Shown here piece after piece: positions 39,201 to 51,200 of a DNA stretch of 64,000 nt. Each line of letters starts with the position of its first letter. Within the stretch, counting starts at the first letter, position 1. The notes beneath the pieces were generated by a model that had not been told where the DNA came from, did no database searches, and was given only the letters and a program-made list of their open reading frames with translations. Origin of the DNA: Balanoglossus misakiensis (lineage: Eukaryota > Animalia > Hemichordata); assembly GCA_040954595.2 (NCBI GenBank), contig CM082576.2, forward strand, positions 17,159,028 to 17,223,027, given 5' to 3'. A program made the position numbers and the translations under genes.

Positions 39201-42200
39201 GGAAATTTCAATAACCTTCCAAAAACCAGTTTCCTCAATGTTTTGTGTTATTGCTTTGCAAGCTGTCGTAACTATCATACAAGAGTGTCTCCCTTTTTTT
39301 ATATAAAAAAGCCCTACATCAATGTTTATGACAGAAACATTTCAGAGGCTCTAGAAGTTTTAATTAAGTCTATAAAATTACAAAGTTTATGAAGGCCCAT
39401 GCCCACAAATTTTAATAACAGTCTCACCAGTAGTTTTTACGTTTTGCTTCTTTGAGTTTTTGAGTTCAGCTTATTTGCATATTTTTGGTAGAGACAACTT
39501 CAACTGAACAAAACCCCATCTATGTGAACGCTCTGAACCCAAATATTGGTCAATATGTGAAGTGAGATATTTACGTTGAAAATGATGACAATGCGTTCCT
39601 CGGGAAACAATAGATTCAAAACTGAATGATTAAAAATACTTACTTTTCATTGTTTTGACTGCAACTTTCTCTTCTCTGCCATCCGGAAATGTCAATTTTC
39701 CCTGTCTGACCATACCGAATTCACCTGGCAATAATAAACACATTTCTATATCATACATGTGTCCTGGCTACTACATTTAGAAGGCAATACAAACCACTAG
39801 CTTAAAGTACTAGTGCCATTAACTGGTTCCACACATGAAAAAATAAACTATCGCAAATGGCCACCTGGCGGCCATATGTTGTAACTAGCACTCGTTTTGA
39901 AATCATCCATTAATTGGAAAATTCAAGAGTCATCATTTTAATCTTAGATTTTTGTAACTTTCGACCTGGATTTCCAGCCTGGCTCACTACGTCTCATGGT
40001 CATTTCATTGTAGGGCAAAAACATCATGTTTTCTGTTTATTCTTGTGTATAAGTCACTGGATGTACAAATCACGAAAACGACCATATTCTTAAGGCTCAG
40101 AAGTCCCAAACCTTAAAACAGGACCACTTCTCAATGACACCTAGATTTGATGAGAGATGATTTCACAACATTTCACAAGATGTGATTTATCCTACCTTCT
40201 CCAATAGTGACACCAAGATATAACCATTGAGTGGGAAGCAGTGCATCTTGGAGTTTTTGATTCATTTCTTCTTCAATATCGAGTGATTTCACTGGGGGTA
40301 GGAAAAATGAATGGTAAAAATAAGTGTCATGATGATCTAGTGTTAATGTTTCAATAATTTTTTGCTATGACTATGACATGTTTCTAACAATGTATTAATC
40401 TGGTGTACATCACAAAACAAGTCCAAGACATATTGAATCACATTAAAACATTTTATTATTGCCGTTTAATTCAATTTTTGTAGGCTTACATTTGACCAAC
40501 CTTTCTGAAAAACGATATCATCAAAATGTTCAGATAAAATCTACACTGAAGGTTCCCCCGACCACGGCTTCATTTAATTTTTGGATGTAATTTGAATCAA
40601 CTCTATGAAAGTAAATCTCCATACAAGATTCAGAACAAACCTTTGACGAAGGTTTCCTGGATAAAACTTTGTCAAAGCATCAGTACGAACATTTGAACAG
40701 CTTTTGGTGTGTACCAACCTTTACCAAAGGTGTTCCACAATCATGTGTGTAGCAGTGTATTTTGTTATTGCACTTTATATTAAAGTTTTCCAGATTATTA
40801 GTAATTGCAAAACCAAGTCACAAGTTGAGTTTGCAAACAGCTAGAGCATTTGCAAATACCAAACAAAATTCATCAGTGCCATTTTTGTGTAACTAATTTC
40901 TGTGTACTCAAGACATGCCATTGCTGTACACTTTAACACACATCCTTTGTTTCATTTTTTTACTTATTATATGTTGATTTAAATTTACCCCAAATAAATA
41001 CCCATTTATTTTTCAAATTTTGCATAATAAAATTTCATATACATCTTATGTACATATTCAATTTTATCTACGTTTAATTTCATTTTTGCTTTCACTTCAC
41101 ATCAAAAGTCTACTTGACATCTACTTTCGCATCTTCTACTTAATTTAATATGCACGCAAACTTGGATGAAGAAATCTTGCCTACAAATCATTAAAAATAA
41201 AGTCTAGCCTACAGTCCATCCACTATAGATTAGAAATAGAAAATTCCTGTCCCCATTTCGACAGGTTGTATAGTGTATCTCTGTCATGAACTTGAACCCA
41301 AATATAATGACAAGTTCTTTCAAATTTGCTTTTTTTTATCATGAACTTAAACAGTCGTTCCATTGTACCGATCTACCTTAACAGTCAAGACAGTATAAGA
41401 TCTAAGCTTCTACTTACACACACTAGTAACCACTTTGTTTTTGCTTGGTTTGTAGATTGTTGAATGAGATCTCAGTCTTATTGGTTTCCATGACATTGGA
41501 TTGATGAATGAATATCGCTTATTGATCCTGTTTGAAAGAAAGCAAATCAGCGTTATCTTCAGATGAATTTCTTGGATTTTTTTCTCAAAGATACCAAATG
41601 AACCACAAACTGGCCAGAAATAGCATCAATCAATAACCACAGCCATACAAATATGCTTCCATATTTCTACAGTGTAAAACTGGAGTCACAAGTGATAGCC
41701 GACATATTCATGTTTCTTGACTGACTTTATAAAAAAGTCTTCAGTTCTGGGCTGGATGGCAAATCATTTGTACAATTTATGATTCAGATCTCATCTGGTT
41801 TGATTGTGAGAAAGGTCATTACAGTGACCAGTAGGTCTTCTTGTACTTACATGCCGGCCTCAATGTTTGCTTGGTGTTTTTTGTTGTACCTTCTTACACG
41901 ACAAACGCATCCACCAATTACAAGAACAGCTACAATGATTACAGCTACCACCACGGCTACAAAGATGATGTACCACTCCACACTACTACTTTGTGGTTTA
42001 ATCGCACCCAATTTCTCTGTAGCAGAACGAGAGAATTTTCCAAATAAATTAATCAATTCTGAGTTCTTGAGTTTTTGACTTTTGACCTTTTTTGCATCTT
42101 TCAGTCATAAAATCAATACGACTCACTTCAGCAGAAATGAACCATGTTAACTTCAACGCTGTCCCTATTCCCTATATGACCTTGACTACATGATAAGCAC

Positions 42201-45200
42201 CAATCATACTGCACAGTGTAAATGAAATGATTTGACTACAGAGAGATTTATAAATATATGTGTAAGTGCTGTGAAGACCTGATGAAAGCCTCCTGATGAG
42301 CGAGTCCAGTGACTCACGAAACAACGTTGTAGAGATTATACCGCCTATCATTTCTCCAGCTACTTTATATGTACATGTATGTATGTATGTATGTATGTAT
42401 ACGATGTGTACGTATATGATGTACATACAACAAAATCGGTTGTCTTATTTACCTGTAAGTGTAACACTCGTAACAGGGGGGTAAATAGTCGGAGGTAAAA
42501 CCACTTTATCTTCTTTCAACATTTCATATCCAATGATGATTGGTTCAGTTTTCAAGCCATCTCCACCTTGGGTGTAGCCCCAAATTTGAACTGTGTAGTT
42601 TACAGACTGATCAATGAACAGCAGTTCAGCTGTGGTGACATTTGGGTCACACTGAAGAATGGTCTGTAATACAATGTACAAAATACAATCATACAGATTA
42701 TGCTTCTGTCACAGATCATTTGACTTAAATATGAAGAGACCATGTTGGATTCTTTTTCAGATGACAATACATGGAAGGAGAGCATCATGAATGAGTTTGT
42801 AGCTCCTTTAACCCTTTCACCACAATGGTTCAGTCCAAAGCCATTGTTTTCTATGGTAAGATTGGACCTCTAAAGAGGGAACTGGGGGGGGGGGGGGGGG
42901 GTGAAAGAAAGGATTAGAGGATATTCGACAAACACAGTAAAATCTGTCTAAACTGAACACAAAGGAGACTGAAAAATTCTTCAGGAGTAAAGTTTAAAGA
43001 GGTTCTTTTAACTAGTGGTTTAGGAACCTGCAAACCAAAATGCAAAGCAATTGGACTAAGTCTTGACTTTTCTAAGGATAATGTGTTTTATACCCACATA
43101 TTGCTAAGTTTGCCATAATCTGAATACAGTTGAAAGAACACTCCAACAAAATTCCAGATGTCAGCACAATGAACAAATCAATCTGAAATCTCCCTTTAAT
43201 ACACAGAATCAACCTGCCATGCAATTCCTAACTTTCTCATTTGTTACCATTTTTACATTTTCCAGTCAAACGGCACTCTATCTTCTATATCACAAGTGCG
43301 TCTCAGCCAATCATGAGAACAACATAATATGTGAGTTATAATAAGAACTGTTCATGATGTAAAGGTAAATAATTCATATTTTGACTGACCTGTTCATTAT
43401 TGTCCATATTGATATATTGAACCTTGTAACCTGACAAGATTCCATTGATGTCTTCTAATCTGATTGGTTCCCATTCTATTCCTATTGTCAAGTTGTCTAT
43501 CAAGATCACATCTATGATTTGAGGAGCTGTACCTGGCACTGAGAACAAAACACAACAATAAATACCCATAAGGCTGAATGAACAATTTAATTTTTGCAGA
43601 GATGAAAAGACAGGTTCCTACCAAAACACTAAAACATATTTATTTTATTTTGGCAAATGTTACAGTAACAGCTAAGATGTTCTGATGAATACATCAGACT
43701 TCTTACCTCCCATTGGTGTTTGGACACTAACGGTATCAGACCATGGTGACTGATCAATCTCATTGGCACAGGAGACTCTAATCCAGTAGATAGTAAATGC
43801 TTTCATATTATTCATTATATGCTCAGTCAGTGTATTAGATTCTGCATTCAACCAGTAGTCGGGGAATCCACTGTTGTAATCAACATCTTCAACATACTGC
43901 AAGAGATGATAAATCTTTACAATCTAACATGGGGTTCACACACATGGATTTGAAACGCTTCTGAAATGTCTCAGGCTAAATACTGGCATACATTGTTGTG
44001 TGTGAACGGTTTAAGTGGCCCTGCAACTTTTCAGATATGAGACAGCTTTGGCTGCCAGACAACATTAACATCTCACCACAACACATTGTCTATGCGGTCG
44101 AGTGTCAGGGTCTATGCTTAAAGGGACAAAGTCTCTCTCGCTGCCCTTTTCCCATTAATTATGTTTGATACAAGACACCATTTATGTTAATGTACATGTG
44201 TATATGTAGTGAATGAACGTTCAACCATACACAACTTCAATCCTGCTTGTATGATATGAGAGTAAAAATCTTTCCAAAATGAATAGATGGTAGAGACTGA
44301 TTATTTATTCTGGGGATTTTTTTCACTCTCGTGTCTACAAGTAGGATGAAAGTTGTGTGTGGTCGAACATTGATTCACTATATATCCACATGTAGAATAA
44401 CATTAACAGTGTCTAGTATCAAACAAAATAAATGGAAAAGGGGCAGCGAGAGAGACACTTTGTCCCTTTAAACTTTGTGTGTGTGGACACAAAGCAAAGA
44501 GCAGCAGAATTTGTAGACAGACAAAACAATTTCAAGCTAGTGATTTTAATTTCCACAAAGTACACTATCTATTTTCTGTTATATTAGAGTTTGGCTGGAT
44601 TTTGTAAACGCTAATGTATAACCTGTAAACAATAAATTTCTGAAAGATCTGTTGCTTCAATACATTGCCTTTTATTCTCACCTGTATAGAGCATGACTGA
44701 TATGGTGAATAGCCATCAGAGCCTAATACCCATGATATATTGATGCTGTGTGGAGTAATTGCTAATGCTGTTATGTTCAATGGCTGTTCTGGCTTCCCTG
44801 CAAAATAAAGTTAAATAATACTTTATTATTGTTGTAAACATTACTTTGAATCAGAATTAAAAGACATCACATTTTCATTTTTCAATGGTGCAATATTTAA
44901 CTTTTCTTTAAAAAATTGCAGGAATTTTTGACTGTACTGATATTTCTTTGTTTTGCCATGTTGTCAAATATAAGTGTTTTCTTGATATGCATTCACACAA
45001 TATCACGTAATAGACAGAATAAAAGCAGTTCAAAGAATATTTAAAACTGAAATTTTTCAATCCAGTTGCAGTTCATGGGGCTTTACAACAATTTACCTTT
45101 GATGTTAACAACTGCTGGTGAGGAATAGGTGGTTCCATCTTCATTTGTTGCTACACACATGAAAGTTGACTGCAAAGTTATACCTGGGGAGAAATACACA

Positions 45201-48200
45201 ATACAACATAACATCAAATGATCAGAATTAACAAGCTCCATGGCATTAATTTAACCCTTTCACCACCATGGTTCAGTCCAAACCCGTTGTTTTCTATGCT
45301 GAGGTTGGACATTTATTATACATTTACAATTGCCAACAAAAGAAATCCTTACACAACTTCCATCCCACTTGTAGGATATGAGAGTAAAAATCTCGCCAAA
45401 AAGAATAATCGGTCTCTACCGTTTATTCCTACAAACGGCATGGAAGTTGTGTGTGGTCGAAAGTTGATTCAATATATATCCACATGCAGAATAACATAAA
45501 CGGTGTCTTGTATCAAACATAATTAATGGAAAAAAGGGGCAGCGAGAGAGAGACTTTGTCCCTTTAACACTTCTTGGACAGAGACAAGAAACTCATAGTC
45601 ACAATGAGTGTCTTTCTACAGGACTCATTGTGCATGTTCACTTTTGGCCGCTTTCAAGGACCCCCAAACAATGATGTAAACAAAATAGACGAACTCAACC
45701 ATTGATGCCAAAACCTCAGTGTTCATGAAGTCAGACACTGTTTGAAATAAACCTAATAACGCTATTTTAAGATGTTATTTGAAAAGCTCTCATTTTTCTG
45801 AAAGTGAAACTTCACAACAGTTTTTCATGCACAACAAGATAAACTGCACCCACAGTGTTGCAATGTTGTTACCCCCACAGAAATGGACTAGCCCTTCTGG
45901 ACAAATTCCAAGGTTTGTCTCATGATGACGCAGATACAGCTGTCAGTTCAATGGCGATTGTTTGTAAATATTAACGTGTGAAATTGATAATACAGTAAGA
46001 CTTGTCTTAACCGAACCCTGTCTTATCTGGAAACCTGTCTATGCCGAACACATTTTCCTGTCCCTTTGACATAGAACCTGTTAAAAGAACCTCTACAAAC
46101 CGGACACGTCTGTAAACTGAACAATTTCTTCAGTCCCTTTGGTGTTCGGTTTAGACAGGTATTACTATAATGCTAAACAAATTTGGGAACAACCTCGCAA
46201 TCTAAAATGTAAGATATAAAATAATAAGGTTATTAGGAAGATACTGCAAAGTATGCTAGCAGTAGCACCTCCATTGTCCTCTGCTAAGCATCGGGAAATA
46301 TGCTGTGCTAATGTCTTTACCCATACATGTACTATGAGAGTGTTTTCGGCATAACCTCATATCGTGCCATCACGAATAATAGAATTGTGCATTAAAATCA
46401 CAATATGGAACACTCGTTCCTTAACTCTGGGGAAGGACTTAGAAAATGGAAACTGCAGATACAAACTCTACCCATGCTAAGCTACATGTAACTGAAGAAA
46501 CACAAACAGTATATCGCTGGGGTAAACATAGCTCATGGATTTACAATAAGACCTCTAGTACGAAAAGAGATGGAAAGTTTCATTGCAACAATTACAACAC
46601 TTTTTTATGGTCTAGTTGATACAAAATGTAGATCTCATTCTGCATACAGTGCATACAGTGTGATAATGACCATAATTCCATTGGACCTTCAGTCCAAAGC
46701 TTAAGGACTAATAAAAATGAACAGCCAAGTACTGACAGCAACCAAAAAGAATACCATAGTTACCACTGACACTGATGAGACAATGATTAAAGGGACATTA
46801 GCTGTAACTTTTGGCTTTTATTTCAGTATTTCGTTCTTTGTACCAAATGCAACTTCTTGTTCAACTTCAAACATCATGCACATATACCCAGTACTCCGTT
46901 ACACACATACAGGCTATGTTGACAAGCGGATCCACTTGTCAACATAGCCTGTACATGTATGTGTGTAACGGTCATCATTATCGTTGACAAATGAATTCTA
47001 GTCCGGACTGGAATTCAAATTTTGCACAATAACAATGCAGACTATACACATACATGTTATTACGGAATTCTTTTTTCCAGCAACAAACGGCAAACTGGCA
47101 ACATCGTATTTCTTTCATGCCAGCAACGCGTTATCTCTAAAATTGTAACAACATCACAATGTACTAGACAAAGAGGCGTCCCCCCATCCCAATTGCGCAG
47201 TTGAAGTACGTGCGTGTTGAGAGAGAGACGTGAACAGAAAGGGGTGGGAGACTGACTTGAACACGGACGACGAGAGTTGTTAAGCGTGTCGAACGCTGCT
47301 CTACGAAGCTCGTAGTTACCTTCTGACCGGGACATTTGCGCGTGAACGGACTGGGTTCTTGCCGATTGCCGCACGCCGGCGGGTATGAAAGTGTGGGACG
47401 TCGATCCACCGGCCGGCTGCACTGTTCCCAACATGACCAGCTCCACGCCACTTTGAGCTGCACCGCAGTCGGATATCCCGACACGGCTGCCGGACAGCAT
47501 ATGAAGGTGTCTGAGGCCTTTTCTAGTCAAAGTGTACACGTTTAAAACTTTGGGGTTTTCGGAATGGGAAATAGCAGAACAAGAACATGGATATATACTA
47601 AATCATGAACGCCAAACAAACACGTTGAAAAAGCCAGATCTGAAAAAAATTCATGTGGCGTCCGCCGCTGGGCGCATTGACGCGACAACGTTTTTTTTCA
47701 AACAACGTAACCTGTCACGATTGCTGCCACAAACAACAAGTTCATGCGTAGGTCGAGAAAGTTCTCAAGCGGCCGGGTGATCGCGGCAAGGTTAGCGGCG
47801 GCCTCGCACGCCCGAATTTGCCACAAAACTATCAGTCCACACAGCAATGCCGTTCAAACTCTTCCGTCGTATTTATTTCAACACAAATTCAGAATACAAC
47901 ACGGCAGTTTGGTACGTCGTCTCTATCCTACACTGCTAATTCTCATCTCAATCTCTAAAAAAAGTTCAACAGACGGGATACACAGCAACCCGCGGCACTA
48001 GGAACGGCAAAATTCACGTCTCTGCTTTACAGGAATCTACCGACCTGAAGTGGGAGGAACCCAGTCCGTTCAAGTACAAATGTCCCGGTAAGAAGGTAAC
48101 TACGAGCTTCGTAGAGCAGCGTTCGAGTCGACACGTCTCTCTCAACACGCACGTACTTCAACTGCGCAATAGGGATGGGGGGGGGGGGGGCGCCTCTTTG

Positions 48201-51200
48201 TCTACTAAATTGTGACGTTGTTACAATTTTAGAGATAACGTGTCGGGCCCCCTCAAAGAAAGCCGGTGGCCCCCTCAAAGAAAGCCGGTGTTGCGAGTTT
48301 GGCATTTGTTGCTAGTAAAAAGAATTCTGTGGTAAATTGATAAGTTAAATGCAGAGCATTTCATCATGTTTCAGGAATTTGAATAAGAAACTGCAGTAGA
48401 TAATAAAACACACATTGCGAAAAGATACAGCTAATGGAACTTCAAGTAGTTTACAATCAAGTTCACCTTTATTCCTAAGTATTGCTGGATTATTTGGTTC
48501 GGCTTGCAGTAGTTCGTGGTCTGGAACATCATTCATTGCAACACCATTTTGATACCAAGTGATAGTGACAGGATATGAAGGCCCTTCCGCATTGCAGCTG
48601 ACTGTAAATGCTGTATTCTGACTTACATTCAGATTTACTGGATGTAAGGTAAACACTGGTCGTCCTGGAAGAAAAAAGAATATTTTTTGTGATCAGAACT
48701 GGTTCTGTTGACACAGAAAGAAAAACAGAGATTATAACACCAGCAAAGTGATACTGTTATTTTTGCATCTCATATCATATCTTATATAGGTTCACACAAA
48801 TGCATTTGAAATGCTTCTGAAACGTCTCAGGTCAAATACTTTGTGTGAATGACATTAATCCTCTGCATGTAAAACACTTTATTTTCGCGAGTTGAAATGT
48901 CGCGATATCGAGAGAGGCCACTGTTTCGGGAGTATTAATTTTCGCGTTCTCTTATTTCATTCACTGCATCGTTATCTTCACGACTTTTGATTTTCACGTT
49001 ATTTTGGCTCTCGCGTAAAATTTCTCATTGTATGTTGCACCGACTGATGCCACTTATTGTTTGTGATCTCTAGACAAAATCTCTACTCCCATTCCAACTT
49101 TGTTTCCCTAGAGGCAAATGAACAATGTAATCTAAAAGCTGTTATCCTTATCTATAGGAAAGGCACAGCCCATCAAGATCTCATTACAAGCCCCTGCATG
49201 GATTCTGCACCTTATATGTAACAATAGATATTCAGGCATGCATAATGTGACTCCATGCTGAAACTTGACTATTCCATGCAAATTTTTAAAATCTTGTCTA
49301 CTGTAACTACTGTAAGCAAAGTTGTTTTATGTTTTCAACTAGTCAAATGCACCAAACAAAAGTTACCAAGAAAGGTGAAAAGAGAGTGACTGTACATGTA
49401 ATCCCTGCAAGTTTAACCTTTTCACCTCTGGTTCCTTATAGACGCCCAACTTTGTTATAGTAAACAAAGGGTTTGGGGTCAAACCATGGTGGTGAGAGGG
49501 CCTTTTCCTACAGTGTGTTCACATACATGAAAAAGTTCAAAGTTCTATTTTAAAACATCTCAGCTGCAACAAATTTGCACAGAATGTTTGGCGTATGGGT
49601 GTAAATTCTGGTGATAAGAGACAAAATAAAGTGAAACTGAATGAATTTTTATTCTTGTCACTATTACAAAACCACTTCATCCCGAGGGACCAACATACCA
49701 AATTTCAGAGCTGCAACACCACTGACCAGTTAAATAATAACACATGTTAGCGAGGGCAATATCATGATCTTTGGCCTGCACGAGGGATGGTGATCTCTGA
49801 CCATAATATTGATGATGCCCGAGCCGCAGGCGAGGGTATCATCAATATTATGGTCAGAGATCACCAGCACGAGGGCAGGCCAAAGATCATGATATTGTCC
49901 GAGCATGACATGTGTTATTAATTTTATTATACCGAACATTTGACCATACATACAGCCTAGAGGGTTGCGTCCATGTCGTACATTGCAGGTTGCAGCGAAC
50001 TAAAATATCTCGCCATACCACTTCAAACTCAGATAATCTTGAGGAAACCGCGCTGTTGGTTGCGACTTTGGTGTATTTACTGCCCGTTTGCGGTAAAATA
50101 TCGTCCAGTTGAACAGGTGTTAATCCTGTGTGTCGCTTTGAAGCCATAGATGCGGGTGTTGACTGATCGTGAAGGAAGCCATTGAACGACAGTTTGTTAT
50201 GCGCAGAAAAGATGCGCAGAACCTAAAACCTGTTCTCAGCCTGTAATATACTCTCAGCGCGCGCGTATCCCCGGACCGTAGCCCCTACCTACGGGCCATA
50301 TACTCTGTCAACCATGTAATATCACGTTCTTTTCTATGTCACATGGTACGGTCTCAGCCAATCAATAGTACGGAATACAGAGTGAGGTGTAATAATAGTG
50401 TTTAATGTGTCAGAGAAAGGACGCACAGATACTGACAGCAGGCAATCAAGCTATCTAATAAAGCTCTGCATCACTGACAGCAGAGCTGAGAAATACAAAT
50501 GTAGCGGCAAATCAAGTGATCCATCCTTTCCCCCAATCCCTCTCCACCCCCCCCTCCAAGTCTAACCAACAATATTTTCAGCAATAAACGCACATTTTCA
50601 AGTTGTACATTACTTTCACACACAGAGAAAATGGCAGCCAGAGGCAGCCAGTGTCAAAACTACATGTACATGTAAGTTCTTATGTATCAGAATCTAAAAA
50701 GAAACAGTAAAATGTATAAGTATGGTCGCTGTTCCTGACTAATCACCAATGTGTATCTATCGAAGGCCTCATAACGTAAATGTCCATCAGAGCATTGTAA
50801 CAATGTAGTGTTTGTTCTGAATCGAGTTGTACTTACCAATAACAGTGAGATAAGCCGACTTAGAAAGAACTTCTTGTTCAACATCATCACTTGCTCTGCA
50901 TTGATAAGCGCCCACATCACTTCTCTGCACTGACAGAAACCTAAACAGTGACAAAGGAAAATATTTAGACAAAGAAGCTATTTTACTGAGAAACATCACA
51001 AAAGACCTCTCTATAAGAAAGTATTCATTTCACTGATATGGATGTTTAAGTATAAAAGAAAACATTTATGCAGTGTTGATAATTGGTTTTCTAAATGACT
51101 TCACTCATTGTTATTGTTTGCCTTTCAATTAATTAATTAAAAAGATAATGCTATTTACAAGACATAGCGATATTTTTTTATGTTCTGAGGAGATTTTTGT

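Noticed and set aside
47060-47545. 159-aa and overlapping ORFs as a transposase or gene
   Set aside because: They lie in the GC-rich TIR of a non-autonomous element and show no recognisable motif.
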